Positions 12,641 through 25,612 of a stretch of 64,000 bases of DNA are shown here, in pieces (the stretch's first letter is position 1; the number at the start of each line of letters is the position of its first letter). The translations under genes and the position numbers were made by a program. The stretch comes from Chiloscyllium plagiosum. Lineage: Eukaryota. Where the stretch lies: the NCBI RefSeq assembly GCF_004010195.1, contig NC_057752.1:10489830-10553829 (forward strand). Direction: 5' to 3'. Under the pieces are notes generated by a model that was not told the origin of the DNA, ran no database searches, and saw only the letters and a list, made by a program, of their open reading frames with translations.

Positions 12641-14349
12641 CAAATCCTGTGGAAGTGTAGATAAGGAAAATGTTCCACAGTTTGTTTGGGAAACTAAGTC
12701 AATAGGTGTGAGTCCTACCCAGGTAGGTTACATCCAGGTATTTTCGGATAAGTCACCTTCCACAGAAGGAAAGATTGCACACTTTTCCCTGCTGTTCTGA
12801 AGGAACATTAATGTAACTGGTTCCCTTGGATTTGGGTCACAATGACACTTTTGTTAGGTGTCACTGTCAAAGGCTTGTTCAGCAGTGGCTGTGCCAAACA
12901 GATGCAACAAACAGAGATGGTCAGTTGTGTAGAATGGCCAGGGATTAGGCAGCCTGTGTGCTGTGTGTTGCATGGGCCTGTGACCAATGTTCTTTCCTTT
13001 TAAAAGTCCTATGATTGATGTTTGCTGCAGCCTCCTCCCTCACAGGTTGAGTTGCTTACCCCACCTTTTCTGAGTGTGGTGCCAGCTATTTTCTTCTCTA
13101 TTGTACACTGTGGAGTTCCAGCATGATGGAAGGAGACAGTGAATGCTCCACTGCTAGTGGCGCAGAGTCTCTGTCTCTACGTGTCGATGAGCCCTTGAAC
13201 ATTCACACTGCCTTCCTAATAACCCTTCTGGTGATGCCCCATAGGCTTTAGATCTCCCCAAGTCAGCACCCAACTTGTCTACGTGCACCTACATTTGCTC
13301 ACCCAGCCCCTAGCATAAGAGGTGATAAGAACCAAGTGAGGCCACTTACTGGTCACCCCCTTGAAGCCAGAATACTACTGACTGTGAATGACCCCTCTTC
13401 CCACATTACAACCTTCCCAGTCATGCTTTACAGTATGACCCTCTTACAAATCCTGCTGCCCCTGCTGTCCCCTTCACAACTGTACTGTGTCCCTGCCCAC
13501 ATTCTCCTTCCCCTACTCCTGAAGATTAACCTGCTGAGGTTCAGTCCCATGACAGTGGTTGTATTTGCTCCTCACTCCAACATTCCCCTTAGTTTCTGTG
13601 GATGAACCAATGACCTCGACTGACATGGCCTGACAGCCCTGGACAAGAAGTGCCCAGACCCCTGACTGAAGGCTCTACATCTCCCTGACTATTTTAACCC
13701 TATTCCTTGGGTTGGCTGCAATGGAACCACAGGACAGAATGTGACCCACTTCCTGGTCCGATTTGTGAGCTGGGTGCCTGCCCTTGGGTGCAAACTGTCC
13801 CTATTGGAGACTTTCAATGCTAGTTGCAAGTCTGTGATTCAAGAATACACTGCCGGTCCATCAGAGAAATACCAGGATGGTCATGATGAGTTAGCAGATG
13901 CCAACATCCATGGATGAGTGGTACATTTGCCTGATGCCCATTGATTGTGCCTTGGGCTGCAGTTTGTTTGCAGGGACCAGAGGTTGTTCAGAGCAAACAG
14001 CAAGCTAATTTGGTCAGATACCTGTTTTGGTTTCCTTGTTGAGTTTTCCTGATGCATGGCTTGTTTTCAAGAGTTATGGTGTTAATAAGGGTTTAACAAG
14101 GGTTAATCCCTGACAACTGGAATCCCGCAGCTGGGCTAGCACGAATCTCGCCACATCACTTGAGAAAAACATAAAAGATGAAGAAAGGTGATCTCAAAGT
14201 CAAGATGGGGCAACAACTCTCTGATTGGCCCCTGGGCAGGTTGACAGCTTGTGTGTGAGTAATTGAGGTAGAAGGTCCCCAGATTACAAAAAACAGCAAC
14301 TCTTTTCTTTTCTCTTTCTCTCATTTGGCCCATATCCCTCTAAACCCTT

Positions 14350-15489
14350 ACAGAGTAAAGCTCCTTCCACACTGTCCCCCATCAAACACTCCGAGGACAG
14401 GGACAGCACGGGGTAAGATACAGAGTAAAGCTCTCTCTACACCATCCCCCATCAAACACTCCCAGGACAGGGACAGCACATGGTTAGATACAGAGTAAAG
14501 CTCCCTCTACACTGTCCCCATCAAACACTCCCAGGGACAGGAACAGCACGGGGTTAGATACAGAGTAAAGCTCCCTCTACACTGTCCCCATCAAACACTC
14601 CCAGGACAGGGACAGCACAGGGTTAGATACAGAGTAAAGCTCCCTCTACACTGTCCCCATCAAACACTCCCAGGGACAGGGACAGCACAGGGTTAGATAC
14701 AGAGTAAAGCTCCTTCCACACTGTCCCCCATCAAACACTCCCAGGGACAGTGACAGCATTGGGTTAGACACAGAGTAAAGCTCCCTCTACACTGTCCCCA
14801 TCAAACACTCCCAGGGACAGGGACAGCACGGGGTTAGATACAGAGTAAAGCTCTCTATACACTCTCCCCCATCAAACACTCCCAGGATAGGGACAGCACG
14901 GGGTTAGATACAGAGTAAAGCTCCTTCCACACTGTCCCCCATCAAGCACTCCCAGGGACAGGGACAGCACGGGGTTAGATACAGAGTAAAGCTCTCTATA
15001 CACTCTCCCCCATCAAATACTCCCAGGACAGGGACAGCATGGGGTTAGATACAGAGTAAAGATCCCTCTACACTGGCCCCAATCAAACACTCCCAGGGAC
15101 AGGGACAGCACGGGGTTAAATACAGAGTAAAGCCCCCTCTACACTGTCCCCCCATCAAACACTCCCAGGGACAGGGACAGCACGGGGATAGATACAGAGT
15201 AAAGGTCCCTCTACACTGTCCCCATCAAACACTCCCAGGGACAGGGACAGCACGGGGATAGATACAGAGTAAAGCCCTCTCTACACTGTCCCCCATCAAA
15301 CACTTCCACGGACAGGGACAGCACGGGGATAGATACAGGGTAAAGCTCCCTCTACACTGTCCCCATCAAACACTCCCAGGGACAGGGACAGCACGGGGAT
15401 AGATACAGAGTAAGGCCTTCTCTACACTGTCCCCCCCATCAAACACACCCAGGGACAGGGACAGCACAGGGATAGATACAGAGTAAAGG
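14350..15489 (+). repeat. ~70-bp tandem satellite, about 16 copies
   Basis: Unit GGGACAGCACGGGGTTAGATACAGAGTAAAGCTCCCTCTACACTGTCCCCATCAAACACTCCCAGGACA. Confidence 0.97.
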
Positions 15490-15499
15490 TGCTCCTACC

Positions 15500-17760
15500 T
15501 TTTTAAATGGAAAGTCAAAAAATAGTGGAACACCCCTTGCTGGGACACTGTATCAAAACACAAAGTAACAGTTGAATGGAACCTTGCAGAAAGAAACAGA
15601 AACTCACTCAGTTTTGGGGTGAGGATGCACCCCAGCTCCTGTGGTGCCCATTAATTTTGAAAGGCCTTGACCATGCTGATGAGCACCATGTGCTCCCTGT
15701 CCAAGGACTCCCGAGTGCGGATGTAACCATGAAAGTGGGGCAAATAGTCAGGATCAATGAGCCCCTGCATAGCCCGCTGGCTGGACCTATTGACGGCCAT
15801 CTTGGCCAAGTCCAGGTCTAGAGTCATGTGAAGGCCCATAGACTTGTCCGCCTTTCCCACACCAAGTGCCTGTAGATCAGGAGTGTGGGGCTGAAATGCA
15901 ACCAAAATTCGAGGGGCAGCCCTTTCCCAAAAACTTAAAAGAGATTACAAATGGAAACATTCTATGTATGTAGAAAAAACATTTCCTCCAGGCCACAAAA
16001 ACGACACATGGCCTGGCACCCAGTGAACTTACTGAACCTATGATTGCATGGGACCACCCTGTGGTCTCCCTGTGGTGTCCACCCAGATTCCCACTGGGAA
16101 TCTCCACCAGCAGAGGGCAAAACAGCATGCCATGGCATATCTGAGCAGTGGGTGAAGGTGGAAAGTTTGTCGCAACAGCCTGCACAGGAAACGCTTCTGT
16201 GCCTTTACAAAGGGCATGGGGAGGATTTCCCCGAGAAAGTTCAGTTTGTGGGACATTGTGTCACAGGAGTCAGTTTGTCCAGAAGCCCACCGCATGCAAT
16301 GGCGACCTCAATTTGACATGAGGCGTCAGGGCCAAGTGTCAGAGCTGTGCCAGCGCCCACAGCCCACTTCTCCGCCGTCCAGCATCCTGAGTCCTCAGCC
16401 CTCAGAGCAGCCAACAGAGACTGTGCTGACAGACGAACCTATTCCTGAGCAGTGGCTCCCTTAGGCGCGCATTCATTCCTGTCACGGGAGAGCTCTAGTG
16501 TGAGCTGACCGTGTCCCAGACTGTGATCAGGTCCAAGTAAAAGACGAGCGATTCCTGGAGGAAGCGCCAAGGATTGGGCAAGTCCGTGAACGGGAAGTGC
16601 TTGTCGTATCGGAGACTGCACACCTGATGGAAGATATACGCTACCAGGATGTGCCCTTGCACCCCCCTTGGAGGAGGCTCGATATAATGGTATCACTGCA
16701 GGGTCTGAAAGCAGAAAGTCTCTCTCTGGGTGTGAAGGCACACCAGTGCCTGACCACCCTCCTCAAGCCAGAGTTTCAGCAGTGACCCAGGGCTGCCTTT
16801 TGTCCCAGAAAACCCAACAAGTTTTTACTGGATACTCATGATAAATCCTGGGGGAGGAACCAAAGTGACCAGCCAGTATCACAACATGGCATCTGCCAGC
16901 TGATTCATGCCCAACACTTGGAGTAGTCCTGTCCAGTGCGCTAGGTGAGTGGTCACCTTGATTTCCAACTCATGCTAATCAGCTGGCCAGGGTTCCTCAG
17001 TCAGCTGAAGATGGACTCCCAGGTAGAGGAGGCCAGTGGTACTCCACAGGAGCACTAGAGCTCCTTAGGCAAGGGGTCCTCATGGGGGAGGCCACAGAGG
17101 CAGCAGCACGGTGGTTCAGGGGTTAGCACTACTGCCTCACATTGCCAGGACCTGAGTTCGATTCCACTGTGGGTGACTGCCTGGATGGAGTTGGCAAACT
17201 CTCCCCGTGTCTCTGTGGGTTTCCTCCCACAGTCCAAAGATGTGCAGGTCAGGTACATTAGCCGTGCTAAAGTGCCCATATTATCCAGGGAATGTGCAAG
17301 CTAGGTGGATTAGCTATGGGAAGTGCAGGGTTACAGGGATAGGTGGGTCTGGGTGGGATACTCTTCGCAGGATCATTTTGGACTTGATAGGCTGAATGGC
17401 CTGCTTCCACATTGTAGGGATTCGACGATTGAATTGACCTCCTGACATGCAGGCAACCTCTGCAAGGCAGCTGGGTCTGTGAACATGAGGGGCATGTTGT
17501 CAGCATATGCCGAAAGGACCACGTCCAGCCCCAGCCCACACAAAGCCAAACCTGACAGCTGCTTACACAAGAGGCGCAGGAACAGCTCCACACAAAGAGA
17601 ATACAGCTGGCTGGACAGGATCAGCCCTGAAACATTCCCCTCCCAAAACATAGGGACACTGTCAGGAACCTGTTAACCTTCACTAGACAGAAGTGGATTC
17701 TGGGCGACAAAGTGTGTTTGAACCTGATAGTGCACAAAACCCCGAGCTGGTACTCAATTT
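15500..17760 (-). mobile_element. Tx1/L1-clade LINE, ORF2 3' half, degenerate
   Basis: RT motif VVLSAYADNM (YADD-like) at ~17500; C-terminus LAKMAVNRSSQRAMQG...FHGYIRTRESLDREH homologous to 63746-63961. Confidence 0.85.
17098..17428 (+). mobile_element. HE1-type tRNA-derived V-SINE inserted in the Tx1 element
   Basis: GCACGGTGGTTCAGGGGTTAGCACTACTGCCTCAC head; V-domain GTTTCCTCCCACAGTCCAAAGATGTGCAGGT. Confidence 0.9.
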
Positions 17761-17779
17761 ACATGTTTACTCAATTCCA

Positions 17780-18750
17780 GCCCCATATTTTACCTGTCCT
17801 GTGAATGTTTGTTGAGGACACTGCAGGGGTTCTTTACTCTATCATGCCCTGCACTTTACCTGCACTTGGAGTGTTTGATAAGGACAATATAAAAGGAACT
17901 TTACTCTGTGCTTAACTTGGTGTTGTAACTGTTCTGGTAGCGTTTGGTGGGGACAGTGTAGAAGGAGCTTTACTCTCTGCTTAATTTGGTTTTGTAATTG
18001 TTCTGGTAGTGTTTGGTGGAGACAGTGTAGTGGTAGCTTTACTGTGTTGTAACCCAGTGGTGTCCTGAGAGTGTTTATCTAACTCTTTATCTAACCCTGC
18101 ACAGTACCTGCCTTGGGAGTTGGGTGGGGAAGCATTTGATGGGGAGAGTGTAGGGGGATCAACGTTTCGGGCATAAGCCCTTCTTCAGGCTTATGCCCGA
18201 AAAGTCGATTCTCCTGCTCCTATGATGCTGCCTGACCTGCTGTGCTTTACCAGCAACACATTTTTCAGCTCTGATCTCCAGCATCTGCAGTCCTCACTTT
18301 CTCCTAGCGTGTAGGGGGAGCTTTACTCTGTGTCTATCAATGTGCTGTCCCTGTCCTCACAGTGTTTTATAAGAACTGTGTAGAGGGATCTTTACTTTGT
18401 ATCTAATCCGTGCTGTACCTGTCCTGTGAGTGTTTTGCAGGGACAGTGGAGAGAGAGCTTTACTCTGTGTCTAAGCCTGTGCTGTACCAGTCCTGGTATC
18501 TTTGATGGGTACTGTGTCAATGAACCTTATCTACTTTACTTTCATTTTTAAAAGAATAAATGGAGCTTTATTTCAGTTTGAAAGAGTACAGCGATCTTTA
18601 CTTTCAGTTTAGAAGAGTAGAGGGAGCTTCATTGTGTCTAACCTTGTGCTGTGCTTGTCTTGGAAGTGTTTCAGGAAGACAATGTCAAGGGAGATTTATC
18701 TAATCCATGCTGTCCCTCCTTAGAGTATTTCAAGGGGACAGCGTAGGAAT
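17780..18750 (-). repeat. Degenerate reverse-orientation copies of the ~70-bp satellite
   Basis: GTGTTTGATGGGGACAGTGTAGAGGGAGCTTTACTCTGTATCTAA-like units, the reverse complement of the 14350-15489 unit. Confidence 0.85.
18159..18308. mobile_element. Short PLE terminal-repeat insertion with hammerhead motif and 11-bp TSD
   Basis: GTGTAGGGGGA at 18148-18158 and 18309-18319; minus-strand CTGAAGAAGGGCTTATGCCCGAAACGTT at 18161-18188. Confidence 0.85.
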
Positions 18751-19019
18751 TGGTGGAGTTCTACAAATCTGCAACTTCACACTTTCATAGGAGAAAAACG
18801 ACAAAGGAATCAGATTACAGTGAGTCAGATGGTATGCACATAATACAAATGTACAGTTTACGTCACATCTTTCTAGTAAAAGCAAAAGACAAACTGTCGA
18901 ACACTGTCAGTGCTATAAAAACACACACAAAGATTGTTTTGAAACTTTAACAGAATCAAAATGCACAATCAAAAAGCAGGTCGTTTAAACACTTCCAATT
19001 TTAATCTTTCAATTGAGAT

Positions 19020-19420
19020 GGAGACTGACCACACCTCTGCCTTAAAAATATTCAAGTACTCTGCTTCTACCAGTTTTTTCAGGGCAAGTATTTCAAAGAT
19101 TCACCTCACCTCTGCTAAAAATAGGTATCCCCTAATTTTTAAACGATGGCCCCTCATTCTAGATTTTCCCAGAAGAGCCACATCCACCTGATTAAGTCCC
19201 CTCAGGGTCTTATATGTTTCAATCAAGTTGCCCCGTAATCATCTGAACTTCAAAGGATACAAGCCTAGCCTGTCCGATCTTTCCTTATAAGACAACCCAC
19301 CCATTCCAGGTATTAGTCTGGTATTCCTTCACTGAACTGCCTCCAACATCATTTAAATAAGGAGACTGATACTGTGTGCAGTATTCCAGATGTGGTCTCA
19401 CCAGTTGCCAGACACCTGCA
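19020..19420 (-). mobile_element. CR1 LINE 3' fragment
   Basis: Reverse-complement similarity to the CR1 C-terminal region (ACTGTGTGCAGTATTCCAGATGTGGTCT). Confidence 0.7.
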
Positions 19421-20059
19421 GACGCAGCTCATGAGGGAGACCCTCACTGAAATAAGATCACTCGGAATTGCTCCTCCTGCTCTACCATCATAATTTTGGC
19501 CGTGAGAACATGCCAATTTTGTCGACTTGTTATGATGGAAGCTTTCACTGAATGTTTGCCAAATATTTTGCTGATAGAGTGGGGAGAGAAGCCCTGGGAA
19601 AATTGCTAGACAAAGCAAAAAAGTAAAGAATTGCCCCAACACAAAGGATGAAAACAAAATCAAAGTGCCAATTACAGAAATAATGATTGAAGCCTACAAA
19701 TGAAAAAAAAAATTAAACTGCAATTTTTTTTTTAAAAAAATGACTGAAAAGCTATGGTAACTGCGAACTCTCAAATTTGAGCACTTTAGACTGGGATGGG
19801 AACACCCAGTCTAATTCAAGTCAGTGAATGGAAAATAGCAGTAGATCTAATTTGAATGGAATATAATATTTAACGAAATTCATTCTTAGTTCAACATTTT
19901 AGTTTGGGCTCGTCTGGAACAACTTGAAAATAATTAAATCACAGAATTGGAACATGGTTGAAGGAGACTATTTAGCCCATTGTATCTGTACTGGCTCTCT
20001 GCATCAGCAATTCACTTTGTGATAAGAATCTCACTTTGTGGATTGTACAGGTAATTTTA

Positions 20060-20480
20060 AAATTTTGACTAATTAGCTTCAGGACTCTTTTTTTAAACCA
20101 GTGGCTTTCGTGCCCATGGGATAGATCTCCCAGTTCAAATTGCCTGGGTACAATGGACACAGGAACATTTAAGTCGTGCTGAAATAAAACATTTGATTGA
20201 AGCTTTCTGTCTTGCACTCATCAGGACATTTCGCACGAATACCAAGTCGAAGAGGAAACATTTATACTGCATAAGAAGAAAGTACGGATTGTTTGGCAAG
20301 AGAATTCTGATCGGCAAGGCATTGCCACGGAGAAAACAGCAGTTAGTGATGATTGACTGTTAACTGTGAAGCTTAATTGAAACAGACTCAGTGCATGTGC
20401 ATGTTTTTTCTGTGAAGAACATGGGCCTGTTTATTAATGCATGTAGATTTCAATACATGCAGTTTGACAAACTGTGAGCT
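20060..20480 (-). mobile_element. Probable PLE terminal repeat with degenerate hammerhead motif
   Basis: Minus-strand GTCCTGATGAGTGCAAGACAGAAAGCTT (20200-20227); related plus-strand copies at ~21502-21530 and ~1471-1497. Confidence 0.5.
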
Positions 20481-20487
20481 GTCATTG

Positions 20488-21100
20488 TCATAGAATCATA
20501 GACAATGGAAACAGACCCTTTGGTCCAACCAGTCCATGCCGACCATGCTCCCAAACTAAACTGTTCTAGCCTGCCTGCTCCTGGGCCATATCCCTCCAAA
20601 CCTTGCCTCTTCGTGAACTTATCCAAATGTCTTTTCAACACTGTAACTGTACCTGCATCCACCACTTCCTCCGACAGTTCATTCTGCACACTAACTACTC
20701 ACTGCATAAAACTATTGCCCCTCATGTCCTTTTTAAATCTTTCTCTTCTCATCTTAAAAATATACTTCCTAGTTTTGAATTGCCCCCCGCTTGGGAAAGG
20801 ATCCTTGTTATTCACCTTATCTATGCCCCTCATGACTTCATAAACCTCATTAAGTTCACTCCTCAACCTCCTACGCTCCAGTGAAAAAAATCCCAGCCTT
20901 TCCAGTCTATTTTTATATTTCAAACCCTCCATTCCCAGCAACATCCTGGTAAATCTTTTCTGAACCTTCTCAAATTTAATAATATCCTTCCTATAACTGG
21001 GCGACCAGAACGGTATACAGTACTCCAGAACAGGCCTTGCCAACATCATGTACAACCTTATCATGACGTCCTAACTCCTATACTCAAAGGTCTGAGTAAT
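20488..21100 (-). mobile_element. CR1 LINE 3' end
   Basis: LARPVLEYCIPFWSPSYRKDIIKFEKVQKRFTRML. Confidence 0.92.
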
Positions 21101-21589
21101 TAAGGCAATGACGTCTCAGCATAATTCCTCACACATTCAAGGTTATCCAGCAAATGTTTCTCACTTGCTGAATCACATGTAATGTTGGATATAGTGTTGA
21201 GAGTTTTGGGAGTGCTGGCTCATTGGGTATGGTCAGTAGCTTACTTGTTGCGAACAGCCAAAAGGATATATCATGAATCTTTGGGACATATAGTCTACAT
21301 ATCTGGCATCACATCGCACTGAAATTCATGTATCACATTACTCATTTGTGTTAACAGGCAGGATTTGCTTTTGGTTGATGATAGCCAGCCTGGTGGTGGC
21401 AAACTTATTGCTCCAGCATAGTAGCTGTGTGAAACAACTAGCTTCACCCATTGCTCAAATGTTTGAGGTACAAGGTCATCTTAGTATTCTTGTGAAAAAT
21501 CCTGATGAGTGCAAGATGAAGAACTTTGACAGAATGTATCCTTTTTCAACAATACTCAGGTTCTGTATTACCAAACAACTATCTGGACA

Positions 21590-21960
21590 CAGGCTTATAG
21601 AAGTTTATAAAATCAACTCAGGGGCATGGATCAGGTGAATAACCTCAGGGTAAGGAAGTCCAAAACTAGAGGGCATAGGTTTAAGGTTAGTGGGGAAAGA
21701 TTTAAAAAGGATCTAAGGGGCAACATTTTCACGCAGAGGGTGGTGCGTGTATGGAACAAGTCACCAGAGGAAGTGAAGGAGGCTAATACAACTACAACAT
21801 CTAAAAGGCATCTGCATGGGTATATGAATAGGAAGGGTTTAGGGGGATATGAGCGAAATGCTGGCAAATGGGATTAGATCAGTTTAGGATATCTGGTCGG
21901 TGCAGATGGGTTGGACCATAGGGTCTGTTTCTGTGTTATATATCCCCATGATTCTATGAA
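21590..21960 (+). mobile_element. CR1 LINE 3' end
   Basis: SKTRGHRFKVSGERFKKDLRGNIFTQRVVRVWN. Confidence 0.92.
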
Positions 21961-24302
21961 CATTGGGCCAGGAGGAGTGCATACCCTTAAGGGAGCTCAT
22001 TCGGAGCTAATTTGACTTTCAATCCATTTAAAACGGGGAATTGGAGAGGCTCCATTCAGGGCTTCTGAATGGCTCCTTTGATTTTCCTGTATTTTGAAAA
22101 ATTGCTGTGAGAGAGAGTAGGATCATCTCGACCTCTGTGCAACAGTAAACTCGTTTTTAGTGTGAATACCATATATTGTATTATTTGGCCACCAGGGGTA
22201 GCTGTGTTGCTCAGCTAACAAGAATATAACCAACAGCAGAAAGAGCTCCTTGATGAATGGTCTTTGTTTGCCTGAAAGGACTAACATTAGTCAAAACCCC
22301 TAGTGTTAAATGGTTTCTTAATAGATGCTGATTGTGCTTTTTCGTATCGATGAGTTGTCATTAGCTTTGCAATGAGACAGCCATCTAAGGACCATGTCAA
22401 CCATTGCATGTTTCCCCACTGTGCCTGACAGGTTCAGTGGAACATGGTGTGAGATGCCAAAATGTGGGCATATTCCGACATTCTTCACCTACCAGTTTGC
22501 AAAAGGTTGCAGGTTAAGTACTTTAATATGTTTAGTGCAGAAGTTTAGTTACTCTAATAAAGGAGTGAAAAGAGCCAATTAAAAGGATATTCAAATAATT
22601 CACTTGAACTTTGGTTCAATTGTAAGGTTCCATTTCAGGAACTGCGTGGGTGAATCAGTGTCCTAATGCTCACCCAGCTGAATAAATCTCATTTTTTGAA
22701 TTATGCTTTCCAGCTTGTCTTAGGGTGGAGGCAGTTGGGGTGTTGATGGGGTAGACTGCAGAACACCTTGCAGGCCACCATCAGACAACACAGAGCCCAG
22801 AAGGCTATGTTGTGTAAGGGCTTCAGGACCCCAGAGCAATCTTGCGATAATGTTACACATCTGCACAGCACTGAGCATAAATAACAGAGTGTGGGTGGAC
22901 TTAGAACATGCTACACTATATTCTGAAGTGAGAGTCTTCAGAGCAAATGGATATGAACACATGAAGGAGATAGTTACCAGAGGCAAGAGGTAATCTATAA
23001 GATCAGAGCCTGGTATCTATGATGACTGTGTTCAGCAATATTTAGTATCAATGTATAATAGACCTATTGAAGTGCCTGAAGACAGTCCTTGACTTTGTCT
23101 TCTCTACCAGTCTGTCTCAAATCTAAACTCTTACTGAGGCATCAAACTATACAATAAAAGAGGTCAGGCTTTAACCATCTTAGCATGGGTGCCAGCAGAG
23201 CGGGCTGACCTGCTAGCAGAGTGGTAGTGGTGGGGGCCAGAATACCACCATTTTGAGATAGAGCGTGTGCTCCAAGGAGCTGCAACCAATCCATAATCTT
23301 CAATCTGCGAAGAGAACCCACAAGCCGCTTTTGGTCATTGAGATCCACATCTATGAGAGCAGTCGTCTAAGTTGGAATGCAAAGCATGGGTCTCAGGACC
23401 ACGGCACAGCAGGTCCTCACCAGTGCTGCATTAGAAGCTGACACAGACACTCCATGCTGGCACAGTGTTTCTGTGGAGGTGTCCCACCACTTCCACACTG
23501 GAAATAATGGCCGCCAAAGCTGGCACCATGCTCTGTGCCATGTCGAGGCCAGACTCCTTCAGGAGAAAAATCAGAAGGGAAGGGCAAAGAATGGGGAAGA
23601 TGTATACCAAGAAATATATAGTAACAAGATCTATGGCTTGGACCTTGTGCCATACTGCAGTAAGATGGTGAGGTGGGAGTTATAAAGCAGGAACATAGCA
23701 ACAAATCTTCTTTAATAGCCTTGCCCTTTCCTCAATGGGGATTCATAGCTTCTCTCTCCCTGCCTACTTATGTAACAATGGACTCCAGCAAGATCTTGTG
23801 AACCATGCTGACCTGTATACGTTTGGCTGCTCAATTTTCTCTGCCCTAAACTGCTGTATGAAGACTCACTAGCTTCCTGTCAGTCAGTGCAGTTCCCCTT
23901 TAAAGGGACAAACTGCTGGAGATGAGCTGATCCCACACTTTGTTAGGAATTCAGCTGTGCCTGAGGAGGCGGTACAAAGTTGGCATGTTGTCTGCTTCAA
24001 CAGCCCTGGAAATTTAACTTTTCTTGAGGGGTTGGGGGGGGGGGAGTGTCGAGACCATCTATCACTGTTTTTTCTTTATTTTTCTCATTTTTGGTTTGGA
24101 ACTGAGAGCTTAAGTTGAGAACTAAACTTTGCACAGCAATGTCTTTTTCAAACAAGAATGAACAAACTGATGTTTACATGTGGGAACTGGTCTGGAAAGA
24201 TAATCGCAGGTTAATTATTATTCCAAGAACACTTCGAATGGCACCAGGGTGTGTTACAGTCAAAGACTGGCAGCTGGTTGAATGCTGCATTAATCAATTA
24301 CA

Positions 24303-24612
24303 GAATCATAGAATCCCTACAGGGCAGAAAAAGGCCATTTGACCTAAGACCACAGTGACCCTCCGAAAAGCATCTCACCCTGACCCTATCCCCATATTTC
24401 CCATGGCTAATCCACCTAGCCTGCACATCCCTGAACACTAGAGGCAATTTAGCACCGCCAACTCACCTAACCTGCACATCTTGTGACTGTGGGAGGAAAC
24501 TGGAGCACCCGGCAGGAACTCATGCAGACACAGGGAGAACGTGCAAACTCCACGCAATCACCTAAGGCTAGAATCAAGCCCGGGTCCCTGGCTCTGTGAG
24601 GAAGCAGTGCCA
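24303..24612 (-). mobile_element. HE1-type SINE
   Basis: Reverse complement of the HE1 consensus (GACTGTGGGAGGAAACTGGAGCACCCGG). Confidence 0.88.
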
Positions 24613-25429
24613 ATCGAGCAGTGAGGAAGCACTAAGCCAATCGAGGGGAGGGTGGTGCAGGCCAGCCAACCACTGGTAATGTTGACAAAGAAACAGAAAC
24701 CATAGACTGAAGTGGTTTTGACCATGGTTTCTGGGCAGAAGGTTGTGCACTTGGAAGCAGCTGGACAGGAAAGCTGTGTTTTTGAGTTGTACTCTCTCCA
24801 GTTTTATATCCAATAAAAGAATTGTTCAATGTTCTGAGAAAAGAATCCCAGATTTTTAAAAATAAGTGCATATTCCTTGGAGTTTGCTGGATGTTATTTG
24901 CATTGACTGGTGACTTTGGAATTCAAACAAGATACAATCCCATGTGCTTGGAATGCAACTCACCATTTAAGGATTCCATGAAGACCTGGTAGTCATCATT
25001 GGAATGATGACCCACTACAACTCTTATTTGCTTTCTAATTTATCCCTTAACTGTCTGCCAGTGTGGCAGTGGGTGTTATGATCAAGGAAGATTAGGTTTA
25101 AATCATAGACATTAATTAGATTACCTTGTTTTACTTTGCCTTAGTACAGTTATAATATTAATAATAAATTGTTAATTTCTGTTTCATTTATAAATGTGGT
25201 GTCTGACATCTGTTATTCTTACATTTTGGTGAGGAACAACTGAGCAATTTTGAGGGTCTTTGAAAGCTCTAATTTCATTGTGTCCAGTGTTATCAACTCT
25301 GATTTTTCTTGCTAGCTTTCCATGTCATATCCAGTGCCAAAGGCTGGGCGTGGGTCACACAGTGGTTCTTAAACATGGAACCACTGAGCTGCTTGTGCAG
25401 TGCTATACATTACGCAATGGTCAAAAATA

Positions 25430-25612
25430 AAAAATAAACTTTAAATGCTGAAGATCTGAAACAGCATGGAAATTGGGGGAGAAACTGAGCAGCTCTGGCA
25501 GCATCTGAACTGAAGAAGGGTTACTGGACTCAAAAACACTAATTTTGCTTTCCCTTCCAAGGGAAGGGAAGGATGTTGCTAGACCTACTGAGTTTCTCCA
25601 GCAATTTCTGTC
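25430..25612. mobile_element. Degenerate palindromic PLE terminal repeat
   Basis: GAGAAACTGAGCAGCTCTGGCAGCATC inverted with GATGTTGCTAGACCTACTGAGTTTCTCC. Confidence 0.65.

Noticed and set aside
22600..23960. Possible Harbinger-like transposon remnant (also ~12700-14300)
   Set aside because: Only a vague impression; no catalytic motif or TIR could be confirmed
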